64,000 nt of DNA from assembly GCA_947629905.1 (NCBI GenBank), contig CANRFM010000008.1, positions 5,811 through 69,810 on the forward strand, read 5' to 3'. The DNA comes from an uncultured Clostridia bacterium. GTDB lineage: Bacteria; Bacillota; Clostridia; Oscillospirales; Ruminococcaceae. The notes beneath the pieces are model-generated. The model ran no database searches. It was not told the DNA's origin and saw only the letters and a program-made list of their open reading frames with translations. Positions 42,541-52,154 of the stretch are shown here, one piece after another (position 1 is the stretch's first letter; the number at the start of each line of letters is the position of its first letter). The position numbers and the translations under genes are program-made.

Positions 42541-43988
42541 TGTGTGCCTCCTTTGGGTTCGGGCTTCTGTCCCGGCGGCAGCGTGATCGTCACCGTCGTG
42601 CCAAGTCCTTCCTCGCTTAACAGATCCAGCCGTCCGCCGTGGGCGGTGATGATCTCATCTGCCACGGCAAGCCCGATACCAGAACCACGCCGGGTATGGT
42701 TCGGTTTGTAAAATTTTTCCTTAACTCTCGGCAGGTCGGATGCCTTGATGCCGCAGCCGGTATCGCTCACGCTCACCACGATATTGCCGCCGTGTTCTGC
42801 CGCTTCAATATGCACGTGTCCGCCGGGTTCCGAATACTTGATGGCATTGTCAATGATGTTGATGAATACCTGCCGGATGCGGTTCTTGTCGCCGTAGAGG
42901 AACGGCAGCATTTCCGGCTCATCGTAGGTAATGCGTATCTGCTCCCGTTCTGCCTTGTCCTGATAGATCAACACGGCATCGCCCAGTTCTGCAAGCACGT
43001 CCATCATGTCTTTCTGCAAGCTGAAATGCCCGCTCTGCATTCTCGAAAAGTCAAGCAGCTCCTCCACCATGCGGGACAGACGTTCTGTCTCGTTGACGAT
43101 GACGTTCATGCCCTTGTGAATGGTCTCCGGGTCGTTTTCCATGCAGATCGTCTCTGCCCAGCCCTTGATGGCTGTCAGCGGTGTGCGCAGTTCATGGGAC
43201 ACGGAGGAAATAAATTCATTCTTCATCTCCTCCGCATTGGAGAGTTCGTCTGCCATGTGGTTGATGGCGGTACACAGATCGCCGATCTCGTCATTGCCGT
43301 TGTAGCGGATGCGGAAGGAAAAATCGCCCTTGGCGAATTTCCCGGCGGTCGTACTCAGCTGCGTGATCGGGCGGATGATGCTGCCCACAAAATAGATGCC
43401 CGTGACGACCAAAAGCAGCAGAATGGCAGCGCATACGACCGTTGCCCCGATCGTGAGCGTCGTGATACTGGCATCGACCTCCGAAAGGGAAGTCACGACC
43501 CGCACGGCACTGTATTCCGTACTGAATGTGGAAATATCCATGCAGACTGCCATGATCTTTTCGCTGTTCTCCGCCTTGCCGACCCAGTAGCCGCTGCCGC
43601 CGTTTTGCAGATCGTCATAATCCGGCAGCGCCGTGTCCGATGACGGCGAAAAGCCCGATGAGGTCAGCACGACACGTCCCTTGCCGTTGACTGCCATGAG
43701 TTCCATTTTGTCCTTTGCCGAAAAGCTCTCAAAGGTGGAGCGCATTTCTGAAGAAAGATTCGTCTCCGTGTCCTGTGCGTAGCGGGCAAGGATATTGACT
43801 ACGCTCGTCAGCTCGTTCATCAGCTTCTGCCGTGCGCCGGCGTAGTAGAAACTCTGGATGGCATACACAAAGGCAAGCTCTATGGCAATGATGATCATGA
43901 CCAGAACGGCTAAGTTATTGGCGATCCACCGGCGGAACAGGGTACGCTTCTTTTCGGGGGCGTGGGTGAGGTCCTTAAACTTTATCAT
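42537..43988 (-). CDS. Sensor histidine kinase (2 TM, HAMP, HisKA, HATPase)
   Basis: Motifs are SHELRTPLTAI, NAIKYS, DTGCGI and GSGIGLAV. Confidence 0.85.
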   Translation of the reverse strand: MIKFKDLTHAPEKKRTLFRRWIANNLAVLVMIIIAIELAFVYAIQSFYYAGARQKLMNELTSVVNILARYAQDTETNLSSEMRSTFESFSAKDKMELMAVNGKGRVVLTSSGFSPSSDTALPDYDDLQNGGSGYWVGKAENSEKIMAVCMDISTFSTEYSAVRVVTSLSEVDASITTLTIGATVVCAAILLLLVVTGIYFVGSIIRPITQLSTTAGKFAKGDFSFRIRYNGNDEIGDLCTAINHMADELSNAEEMKNEFISSVSHELRTPLTAIKGWAETICMENDPETIHKGMNVIVNETERLSRMVEELLDFSRMQSGHFSLQKDMMDVLAELGDAVLIYQDKAEREQIRITYDEPEMLPFLYGDKNRIRQVFINIIDNAIKYSEPGGHVHIEAAEHGGNIVVSVSDTGCGIKASDLPRVKEKFYKPNHTRRGSGIGLAVADEIITAHGGRLDLLSEEGLGTTVTITLPPGQKPEPKGGTQ

Positions 43989-44676
43989 TCCACTTATAGC
44001 CGTAGCCCCAGATCGTCACGATATACTGCGGATTGGACGGCTCGTCCTCGATCTTCAGGCGGATGCGGCGGATGTTCACGTCCACGATCTTATAGTCCCC
44101 GTAGTAGTTCTCGCCCCAGATATGCCCCAAAATGCTCGCACGGTCAAGGGCTGTGTTCTTGTTGTTCATGAAGTATTCGAGGATCTGATATTCCACCTGT
44201 GTCAAATCAATGGGCACACCGTTTTTGGCGACGGTGCGGCTTTTCAGGTTGAGGGTGAACGGTCCGGATTCAATGACCGGGCTGGAGTCGTCATGGATGA
44301 AACTCATGCACACCCGGCGGTAGATCGCATCTACCCGTGCGGTCAGCTCCGACAGAGAAAAGGGCTTGGTGATATAATCATCCGCCCCGATCATCAGACC
44401 GCTGACTTTATCCATTTCCTGTGTGCGGGCAGTGAGCATGATAATGCCCAGTGTGGAGCTTTTCTCCCGCAGGCGTTTGCACACGGTAAAGCCGTCAATG
44501 CCGGGCATCATGATGTCGAGCAGCACAATGTCGAAATTTCCGTTCTCGTCATCAAATTTCTGCAATGCCGCTTCGCCGTTGTTCACGTCCACCACATCAT
44601 AGCCGGCACGTTTCAGGTTGATGACAACGCAGTCACGGATGACATCTTCATCTTCGCAGACAAGGATACGCTTCAT
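43975..44676 (-). CDS. OmpR-family response regulator
   Basis: Motifs are ILVCEDE, DIVLLDIMMPGIDG and KPF. The C-terminal winged helix reads IWGYGYKW. Confidence 0.85.
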   Translation of the reverse strand: MKRILVCEDEDVIRDCVVINLKRAGYDVVDVNNGEAALQKFDDENGNFDIVLLDIMMPGIDGFTVCKRLREKSSTLGIIMLTARTQEMDKVSGLMIGADDYITKPFSLSELTARVDAIYRRVCMSFIHDDSSPVIESGPFTLNLKSRTVAKNGVPIDLTQVEYQILEYFMNNKNTALDRASILGHIWGENYYGDYKIVDVNIRRIRLKIEDEPSNPQYIVTIWGYGYKWNDKV

Positions 44677-44692
44677 AGCTTACCTCCTTATA

Positions 44693-46027
44693 TCAGTTAA
44701 AAAAACGCAGACAGGGCAGGAGTTTTCCGATCGTCAGGGAAAGGGGCTGTCCGGCTTCTGCTTTGACCAGATAGCTTGCCGTTCCCTTGGTATACATCAG
44801 GCTGTAGCCGGCGGCAAGCCGTTCGTTCCGGTCTGCCTCGTCATAGGCGATATAAATACGCAGCAGCACGGGCATGGTGTCTTCCCATGCGCCGTCATAG
44901 GCAACAATGCGCAGTTCGCTGTCGATGGGGTCACGTTCCACAGAGGCGTGTCCTACCCATGCTTCCGGCAGCAGAAAGGCATAGCCGTTTCCGGTGCTGT
45001 AGTAGCTGCTATATTCCGTGAACAGCCTGTCATTCTCCATCATCAGCCACCGTGTCTGGCGTATCTGTTCCGATTCGGGGGCATCCTCATAGCCGAGGAA
45101 AACCGACTGCACCGGAATTTCCGGCACGTCATCCCCGTCAATATCCCGGCACACAAGCCCTGCCCGGCGCACGGTATCTTCCGCTTTGCGCCCGCAGCGC
45201 TGTAACAAATTCACAAGCGTGCCCTCCTCAAGGCTTAAGATCTCCGTTTGCAGGTTTGCCGTTCCGGTCGCTGCATCCACATAAAGAGCCACGCCGCCGT
45301 CCGGCAGTGTGCCGTACAGGAGCTGCGTGTAGTCCGTGTAATTGTCCCGGAAACTGTATTTATGCTCGAAATACCGTCCGTCCTCCGCCAGTGAATAAAC
45401 AGCCGCATAGGCAGCTTCCATGCCTGCCGCTGCGCCGAGCAGCACCAGATCGGGATTGCGTGCGCCGCTTCCGGCATAGGCAACATCAAACAGCGCATAG
45501 CTGTGGTACAGTGTCTGTTCGAGGTAGCTGTCCGTGTAGGAATAGACGGAGATATATTTTTCCGACTGGTTCGCTGTCAGGTAGCCGACAATGATATTCA
45601 TCCGGTCATTGTCGCCCAGCGGGGAGATGACGACTTTTTCGATCTCCGTCCCCTCAGCACTCCGGTCGCAGACCGATGCCCACACGCCGTCAATGCAGTC
45701 CAGTACATTGATGCGCAGACCCGTATCGGGGGCGGTGAGGTTGTTCTTTTCGTAGAATACGATCGCTTCTTCCGCCGTGTCGCCGTCAATATCGGCAATG
45801 ATGAATGCCGAAAGATAGCTGCCCCGTGTGGGGTATTTCAGCCGGATGTCTGAACCGGCTGCATCCTGCAATGCCTGATAGATCTGCTCCTGCTGTCCGC
45901 TTAACTTCGGGGGGGTCAGCATGGTGTCTACATTGACACCCAATGAACAGCCCGACAGCAGCACGGTCAGCAGCACCATGCAGATCAGCAGGGCAAAGCG
46001 CTTACTTGCGGTCGGAAAGCGGTACAT
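44693..46027 (-). CDS. Lipoprotein, unknown function
   Basis: The signal peptide with lipobox is LLTVLLSGC|S. Confidence 0.6.
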   Translation of the reverse strand: MYRFPTASKRFALLICMVLLTVLLSGCSLGVNVDTMLTPPKLSGQQEQIYQALQDAAGSDIRLKYPTRGSYLSAFIIADIDGDTAEEAIVFYEKNNLTAPDTGLRINVLDCIDGVWASVCDRSAEGTEIEKVVISPLGDNDRMNIIVGYLTANQSEKYISVYSYTDSYLEQTLYHSYALFDVAYAGSGARNPDLVLLGAAAGMEAAYAAVYSLAEDGRYFEHKYSFRDNYTDYTQLLYGTLPDGGVALYVDAATGTANLQTEILSLEEGTLVNLLQRCGRKAEDTVRRAGLVCRDIDGDDVPEIPVQSVFLGYEDAPESEQIRQTRWLMMENDRLFTEYSSYYSTGNGYAFLLPEAWVGHASVERDPIDSELRIVAYDGAWEDTMPVLLRIYIAYDEADRNERLAAGYSLMYTKGTASYLVKAEAGQPLSLTIGKLLPCLRFFN

Positions 46028-47363
46028 AGGGCTTCTTTCTCGAAACTGCCTTATAGGCAGGGCGGATGATCCTGCCGCCGGTAGTCAGTTCCTCCATGCG
46101 GTGTGCTGCCCAGCCTGCCATTCTTGCCACGGCAAACAGCGGTGTATACAGCTCCTGCGGGATTTTCAGCATCCGGTAGACCAGACCGGAATACATATCC
46201 ACATTGGCGCAAAAGGTCTTTTCCTTGCCCATTTCCTCCCGCATGATGACGGGGGTCAGGCGTTCGATGGTATCCAACAGGTGAAATTCCGCTTCGATCT
46301 CTTTGCCCTTGGCAAGGCGGAAAGCCTGTTTTTTCAGGATCACTGCCCGGGGGTCGGACAGGGTATAGACAGCATGACCCATGCCGTAGATCAGTCCGCT
46401 GCCGTCTCCGGCTTCCTTGCGGAGTATTTTGCGGATGTGGTCGGCAACTTCGCCCTCGTTGTCCCAGTGGGTGACATTTGCCTTGAAATCCTCCAGCATA
46501 GCTGAAACCTTGATATTCGCACCGCCGTGCCGTGCACCTTTCAGGGAGCAGACAGCGCCCGAATAGGCAGAGTACGCATCCGTTCCGGAAGAAGTCAGCA
46601 CCCGGCAGGTAAAGGTCGAATTGTTACCGCCGCCGTGCTCGGCGTGGAGCATCAGCATACAGTCAAGCAGCTGTGCTTCCTCCGGGGTGTACTGCCGGTC
46701 GGGGCGGAGCATGGACAGAATCGTCTCAGCCGTCTTTTCACCGGGGCGCAGGGGGTGCATGAACAGGGTCTGGTTGTCGAAATGCTTGCGCTTGACCTGA
46801 TAGGCATTCACCATGATGATCGGCAGCTTGGCAAGCAGGCGGATGGCTGTGCGCATCTCGTATTCGAGCCCGGTCTCCTCGCAGTCCTCGTCATAGTAGG
46901 AATACAGGGACAGAATGGAGCGGGCAAGCTTGTTCATGATGTTCCGGGAGGGGGCTTTCATCATCATATCGACCACAAAGCCCGACGGCAGTTCCCGCTG
47001 CATGGACAGATAATGGTTGAACGCTTCCAGTTCTTCCGCAGTCGGCAGCTTGCCGAACAGCAGCAAAAAGGCAGTCTCCTCGTAGCCGAAGCGCTTTTCT
47101 TTCATGGCATTGGCAACCAAGTCATAGATATTATACCCCCGGTAGATCAGTTCGCCGGGGATCGGTTCGACTTCGCCCTCGTTCACAACATAGCCGTGTA
47201 CGTTGCAGATATTGGTGATCCCTGCCAGTACGCCGGTGCCGTCACTCCGGCGCAGCCCCCGCTTGACGTGGAACTTCTGGTACAGTTCCGGTTCAATGCG
47301 GGAATGATTTTGCAGATCGGCGCATAACTTTTGCATATCGGCATTGGTAAATACATGACTCAT
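46002..47363 (-). CDS. Citrate synthase (Si-type family)
   Basis: ATG at 47363 follows AGGAGG. Motifs are LHAEHGGGNNSTF, GARHGGAN and GMGHAVY. Confidence 0.85.
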   Translation of the reverse strand: MSHVFTNADMQKLCADLQNHSRIEPELYQKFHVKRGLRRSDGTGVLAGITNICNVHGYVVNEGEVEPIPGELIYRGYNIYDLVANAMKEKRFGYEETAFLLLFGKLPTAEELEAFNHYLSMQRELPSGFVVDMMMKAPSRNIMNKLARSILSLYSYYDEDCEETGLEYEMRTAIRLLAKLPIIMVNAYQVKRKHFDNQTLFMHPLRPGEKTAETILSMLRPDRQYTPEEAQLLDCMLMLHAEHGGGNNSTFTCRVLTSSGTDAYSAYSGAVCSLKGARHGGANIKVSAMLEDFKANVTHWDNEGEVADHIRKILRKEAGDGSGLIYGMGHAVYTLSDPRAVILKKQAFRLAKGKEIEAEFHLLDTIERLTPVIMREEMGKEKTFCANVDMYSGLVYRMLKIPQELYTPLFAVARMAGWAAHRMEELTTGGRIIRPAYKAVSRKKPYVPLSDRK

Positions 47364-47456
47364 AGGGCGTGCCTCCTGTTCTGAAATGAAAATCCTCTGT
47401 ATACTACCTATTATAACACCAATTCCTTGTAAAGTCAAGTGGCAGACAGACATGGA

Positions 47457-47484
47457 GCATATTTTTGCACGAAATACATACAAA
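47457..47484 (+). promoter_or_regulatory. Sigma-E-type sporulation promoter candidate for spoIID
   Basis: GCATATT (47457-47463), a 13-nt spacer, then CATACAAA (47477-47484). The Bacillus sigma-E consensus as I recall it is ZHATAXX-N14-CATACAHT. The site lies 46 nt upstream of the ATG. Confidence 0.5.
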
Positions 47485-47529
47485 AACAAAGTCTGCGCCC
47501 GTTTTGCTTAAAGAAAGGATGGGAAGCGT

Positions 47530-48561
47530 ATGAAAAATTATTTTCTGCAATGTCTCGTTTTCTGTGCGGGGCTGACGGTGATCCCCATGATACCGGCATT
47601 CCTGCTCACACCGGCTTCGGCTGCGCCGGAACAGGCGGGGGAGCTGGTCTTCACGGAGTTTACAGAACCTGTCACGGCAGAGAGCGAATCTTCCACACAA
47701 GCCAGTGAACCTGTGGAAAACCTGCCTGAATGCTACCGGGTTCGCTGCACGGCGACGGGGGAGATCCTGAACGTGCCGGTGCGGGACTACCTCATCGGGG
47801 CTGTGGGGGCGGAGATGCCTGTCTCCTTTGCGCCGGAAGCCCTCAAGGCGCAGGTCGTGGCAGCGCACACCTATGCGGAACGGCAGCGGCTTCTGTCGGC
47901 TGCAAGGGGGGACGAGGCGGATTTTTCGGACGACCCGGCGCAGTTTCAGGCATTTCTCACGGATGAACAGATGCGGGAACGGTGGGGTGACAGCTACGCT
48001 GCCAATTATGCCGTGCTCTCCGCTGCCGTGGATGCGGTCGGGGGAGAACTGCTCACCTACGAAAATGAACCGATCATCGCCGCTTTTCATGCCATGTCGG
48101 GCGGCAAGACGGAATCCGCTGCCAATGTCTGGGGGAATGATGTCGCCTACCTGCAATCGGTGGACAGTGCTGCCGACACGGAAGCGCCCGGCTTTACAGA
48201 AAGCGTAGACTTCACGCCGGAAGAGGTCATGGAGAAGCTCACGGCTGCCCATGTGGGGCTGACGATCGGCGGAGATGCTGCGGAATGGTTCGGGACACCG
48301 ATCGTTTCGGAAGCCGGGACTGTGCTTGAAATTTCGGCAGGGGACGGCATTTTTACCGGGCAGGAGCTGCGGAGCATTTTCGGGCTGCGGTCGGCGGATT
48401 TTACGGTCAGCTATGCAGAGGGGAAATTCACCTTTACGACACACGGCTACGGGCATTCTGTCGGCATGAGCCAGTACGGCGCAAATGCGATGGCACTTGC
48501 CGGAAGCGGCTACCGGGACATTTTAGCGTACTACTATCCGGGTACGCAGCTCACGCAGTAG
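47530..48561 (+). CDS. spoIID: Stage II sporulation protein D (lytic transglycosylase)
   Basis: Motifs are VVAAHTYA, FHAMSGGKTESAANVWG and GYGHSVGMSQYGANAMA. Confidence 0.85.
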   Translation: MKNYFLQCLVFCAGLTVIPMIPAFLLTPASAAPEQAGELVFTEFTEPVTAESESSTQASEPVENLPECYRVRCTATGEILNVPVRDYLIGAVGAEMPVSFAPEALKAQVVAAHTYAERQRLLSAARGDEADFSDDPAQFQAFLTDEQMRERWGDSYAANYAVLSAAVDAVGGELLTYENEPIIAAFHAMSGGKTESAANVWGNDVAYLQSVDSAADTEAPGFTESVDFTPEEVMEKLTAAHVGLTIGGDAAEWFGTPIVSEAGTVLEISAGDGIFTGQELRSIFGLRSADFTVSYAEGKFTFTTHGYGHSVGMSQYGANAMALAGSGYRDILAYYYPGTQLTQ

Positions 48562-50698
48562 GCACATCCGGGAATGCTAAATCAATATGCCCGCCGTTGA
48601 CATCGGCACGGGCGCAGAGGACTGTCACCGGGTCGCCGAGGTGAATGCTGAACTCCGGGCTGCGGATATACCAGCCGGGTTCGGTCTCGTATTCCCCCTC
48701 CGGGAAGTCGTGAATGTGCAGAAAGCCCTCTGCCATATTCTCCAGCGTGACATACACGCCATAGTCCGTCACACCGCTGACAATGCCCTGAAAGACCTCC
48801 CCCACGTGCGCCTGCATATATTCGGCAGCGTAGCACCTGTCGGCTTCCCGCTCAAGCTGCACGGCACGCAGTTCTGTTTCTGAGGAATGGAGTGCTGCCT
48901 GTTCCGTGAAACGCCGGAAACGCCTTTGCACTGCTTCCCGGCTGCTGCCGGCAAGATAGGCGGACAAGATCCGGTGGACTGCTAAATCGGGATAGCGCCG
49001 TATCGGGGACGTGAAATGCACATAATCCGCTAATGCAAGCCCGAAATGACCGAGCGGTTCTTCGCTGTACCTTGCCTTTGCCATAGCACGCAGCACCAGT
49101 GCATTGACGACTGGAAAATACGGCTTATCCCGGTTTTCCTCAAGCAGACGGCAGAGGTCGGACGGCTGCGCCTTGTGGAATTGCGGGCGCTCTGCACCGA
49201 GCTTTTCGAGAATGTCTTTCAGGTTGTCAAGGCGGTCGGGGGAGGGTTCTTCGTGTACACGGCAGACCAGAGGCAGTTCCTGCTCCCGTGCAAAACGGGC
49301 AACGGCTTCATTGGCGCAGAGCATACAGGCTTCAATGATGCGTTCGCTGCGCCCTCTCCGGATGGGGGAAAGCCCTGCACATCTGCCGTTTTCGTCAAGC
49401 AGCAGGGTAGCTTCGGTGCTTTCCAGTTCGGGTGCGCCCCGTTCCCGGCGGAGCGCTTCAAGCCTGTCCGTCAGGGCATCGAGCAAATGCAAAGACGGTG
49501 TGACCGCTGCATAGGCTTCCTGTAATGTGGGAGAAGCCGTGCCGTCCAAAATGGCATTGCATTCGCTGTAGACACCCCGCTTCACGGAGCGGATAATAGA
49601 CTTGGTGAGCCGGGTCTGTAAAATTTCACCCGCCGGGGAAAGCTTCATGAATGCCGAAACAGCAAGCCTGTCCGCTCCGCCGTTGAGGGAGCAGATGCCG
49701 TTGGACAGGGCTTGCGGCAGCATGGGAATGACTTTGTCGGCGTAGTAAATGCTTGTCCCCCGGCGGAAGGCTTCCTTGTCCAGTACCGAACCTGCCTGTA
49801 CATAGTGGGACACGTCCGCAATGTGCACACCGAGCGTATAGCTCCCGTCCGGGTGCTGTTCTATCGAGACGGCATCGTCTAAATCTTTCGCCGCTACGCC
49901 GTCTATCGTGAAAATACAGCGCTCCCGGAGGTCAAGCCGTCCGGTAAGGTCAGTCTCCGGGATGCCTGTTTCCGCTCTCTGCTGCGCTTCTCTTAAGACT
50001 TCGGGCGGAAATTCTGTGGGAATATCCTGTGCGGCGAGATAGGCTGCCATACAGGCGGCTGCCGATTCTGCTGTGCCGAAATTGTGCAGCACTTTCACCC
50101 GATGTCGGCTGTGGCGGTCGCCCCGCTTGGTCAGTAGGCAGAGCACTTTATCGCCGGGCGAACAGGGTACACTTTCCCGGCTGTCAATGCGGATCTGCAC
50201 GGTCATATTGTCTGGCATAAGGCAAATCCCGTCCTCCCCGTCAAGCACCATGCCCGAAAGGCGGCAGGCGGGGTTTTCTTCCGTGATGCGGAGTACTTCG
50301 GCTTCGGGGGAGTCACTCTGGGAGGGCATGATGCGGGCAAGCACCTTGTCGCCCGGCATTGCACCGCAGAAAGCCCTGCCGGGGACGAAATAGTCCGTTC
50401 CCCCCTCGTCCCGGATAAAGCCGAACCCTGCGTGCAGCCGCACGACCTCTGCCCGGAAGCTGTTTTCTGTCAGAATATAATCATGCCGCCGCAGGAGCAG
50501 TTCCCCGTCCCGGATGAGCTGTTGCAGGGCAGCTTCGTAGTCCGCTTTACAGCGGCGGGAATGGCATTTCCTGCCGAGTTCTGCCTGTGACAGCGTACCT
50601 GCTTCATGCAGAATTGCCCGTATCTTCCGGACAAGTGCTGCCTGTCCGGCAGGGCTTGCCGCCTTGCGGGCAGCGTGTTTCCGGTTATGTCTTGCCAT
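48551..50698 (-). CDS. rnr: Ribonuclease R
   Basis: ATG at 50698. A cold-shock-like GFGFIRDEGG, an RNB core (DLDDAVS, RLAVSAFM...) and a C-terminal S1 domain (VFQGIVSGVTDYGVYVTL) are present. Confidence 0.85.
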   Translation of the reverse strand: MARHNRKHAARKAASPAGQAALVRKIRAILHEAGTLSQAELGRKCHSRRCKADYEAALQQLIRDGELLLRRHDYILTENSFRAEVVRLHAGFGFIRDEGGTDYFVPGRAFCGAMPGDKVLARIMPSQSDSPEAEVLRITEENPACRLSGMVLDGEDGICLMPDNMTVQIRIDSRESVPCSPGDKVLCLLTKRGDRHSRHRVKVLHNFGTAESAAACMAAYLAAQDIPTEFPPEVLREAQQRAETGIPETDLTGRLDLRERCIFTIDGVAAKDLDDAVSIEQHPDGSYTLGVHIADVSHYVQAGSVLDKEAFRRGTSIYYADKVIPMLPQALSNGICSLNGGADRLAVSAFMKLSPAGEILQTRLTKSIIRSVKRGVYSECNAILDGTASPTLQEAYAAVTPSLHLLDALTDRLEALRRERGAPELESTEATLLLDENGRCAGLSPIRRGRSERIIEACMLCANEAVARFAREQELPLVCRVHEEPSPDRLDNLKDILEKLGAERPQFHKAQPSDLCRLLEENRDKPYFPVVNALVLRAMAKARYSEEPLGHFGLALADYVHFTSPIRRYPDLAVHRILSAYLAGSSREAVQRRFRRFTEQAALHSSETELRAVQLEREADRCYAAEYMQAHVGEVFQGIVSGVTDYGVYVTLENMAEGFLHIHDFPEGEYETEPGWYIRSPEFSIHLGDPVTVLCARADVNGGHIDLAFPDVPTA

Positions 50699-50880
50699 AA
50701 GAACCTCCCTTTTATGCAAAGAAAAACGATCAGGTGCGATCGATGATGTCAGGAATAGAAAAGTAACACCCATGAAGCCGGGTGATCAAACCCGCTTCCA
50801 AATGCCTGACGGCACTGGCGGTGCTTCTATAGGTGTTACTACAAGAAGTATACCACATCTTTATGGACTTGTCAAGAGCT

Positions 50881-50912
50881 AAAAAAATCCCCTGAGCCAT
50901 TTCACTCAGGGG
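50881..50912 (-). terminator. Rho-independent terminator after secG
   Basis: On the minus strand, cccctgag-tgaaatgg-ctcagggg is followed by attttttt. Confidence 0.7.
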
Positions 50913-50929
50913 TGCGCCTTTCCTGTCAT

Positions 50930-51211
50930 TTACTCTCCGGTACTCTGGAAGAATGTCATAATATACGGTATCACAACATTCATGCAGAAAATAATGACAA
51001 AGCAGAGAATGCCCAAGATCTTTGTCAGCTTGGCAAGTGCGGCTTCTCTGGTATTGCCCTCGTTCTGTCCGTAGAAAGATTCGTTCATGCCGCCGCCCAG
51101 TGCGGATGTCATGCTGTCCTGACTTCTGTCGTCCTGCATCAGGCACAGGATGATGATGAGCAGCGCCAGTACCAGTACGATCGCACCGCAGATGATCTCA
51201 TAGACTTCCAT
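50930..51211 (-). CDS. secG: Preprotein translocase subunit SecG
   Basis: ATG at 51211 follows AGGAGT. The protein is 93 aa with two TMs flanking LMQDDRSQDSMTSALGGG. It lies upstream of rnr, as in many Firmicutes. Confidence 0.65.
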   Translation of the reverse strand: MEVYEIICGAIVLVLALLIIILCLMQDDRSQDSMTSALGGGMNESFYGQNEGNTREAALAKLTKILGILCFVIIFCMNVVIPYIMTFFQSTGE

Positions 51212-51357
51212 AGTTACACTCCTTGCTATGATAGATTCATACCTACTTATTATAGCACAGTGCGGTTTTTTTGTCAAGGGGTTTGTCAAATTTTTATGGA
51301 AGTTGCGGGACTTTGTACAGCAAAATGAAAAAATTCGTAGATTTTCACAAAAAGCCC

Positions 51358-51386
51358 TTGCAATTTCAGAAAAACTGTGCTATACT
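51358..51386 (+). promoter_or_regulatory. Sigma-A promoter candidate
   Basis: TTGCAA, a 17-nt spacer, then TATACT with an extended TGc. Confidence 0.55.
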
Positions 51387-51452
51387 ATATATGATCGGGT
51401 TTCCGTCACCTGCGGCACCCCCGCAGAACATCATTACAGGGAGGAATTTATC

Positions 51453-52061
51453 ATGTCTTTTTTTGACCAGTTAAAGGCGAATCTTACCAATGCCGGCAGA
51501 ACCGCACAGCAGGCTGCCAAGAACATGAGCGACAGCAGTGCGCTCAAGCGGGAGATGAACACGGAGAAGAGCAACATCCAGCAGAAGTATCTTGAGATCG
51601 GGCAGACTTACTATGAACAGCACCAGAATGACCCGGCTGATCCTTTTGCAGAGCAGATAGCATCCATTACAGCTTCCGCCAAGCATATCGAAGAGCTCGA
51701 AGCTGAAATTCAGGCTGTTCAGAGCCGTAAGGCTGACCTCGTTCCCGTACCGCAGGCAACTGCCCCCGCTGCTGCACCGCAGCCTACCGCTATGGTTTGT
51801 ATGCAGTGCGGTGCGACCTATGACACGACACAGGTATTCTGTGCAAGCTGCGGACAGAAGCTGACACCGCAGTACCCGACACCGGCTGCCGCTGCCGCTG
51901 CACCCGCACAGACCGCCGCAGATGTACAGCAGCAACCTGTTGCACCGGAAGCTGCACCTGTACCGGAAACACCTGCTCCTGCACCGGAAACAGCTGCTCC
52001 TGCACCGGAAACAACCGATGCACCTGCACCGGATGCACCGAATACCGACAGCGAAGCTTAA
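51453..52061 (+). CDS. Zinc-ribbon protein (coiled-coil N-terminus, CxxC-N10-CxxC, P/A-rich tail)
   Basis: GGAGGA lies upstream of the ATG at 51453. The ribbon is CMQCGATYDTTQVFCASCGQ. Confidence 0.65.
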   Translation: MSFFDQLKANLTNAGRTAQQAAKNMSDSSALKREMNTEKSNIQQKYLEIGQTYYEQHQNDPADPFAEQIASITASAKHIEELEAEIQAVQSRKADLVPVPQATAPAAAPQPTAMVCMQCGATYDTTQVFCASCGQKLTPQYPTPAAAAAAPAQTAADVQQQPVAPEAAPVPETPAPAPETAAPAPETTDAPAPDAPNTDSEA

Positions 52062-52154
52062 ATCACAGCCGTCCTGCACAGGCAGGGCAATACAGAACAC
52101 TACGGGTCGAATCTACAGGAAAGGGTTTGCCGGGATGACCGGCGGTGAAATCGG

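Noticed and set aside
42639-43643. 334-aa plus-strand ORF.
   Set aside because: It is antisense to the histidine kinase gene, which has clear H-box, N and G boxes.
47404-48456. 350-aa minus-strand ORF.
   Set aside because: It is antisense to spoIID. It has an R/P/G-rich translation and would also run through the spoIID promoter region.
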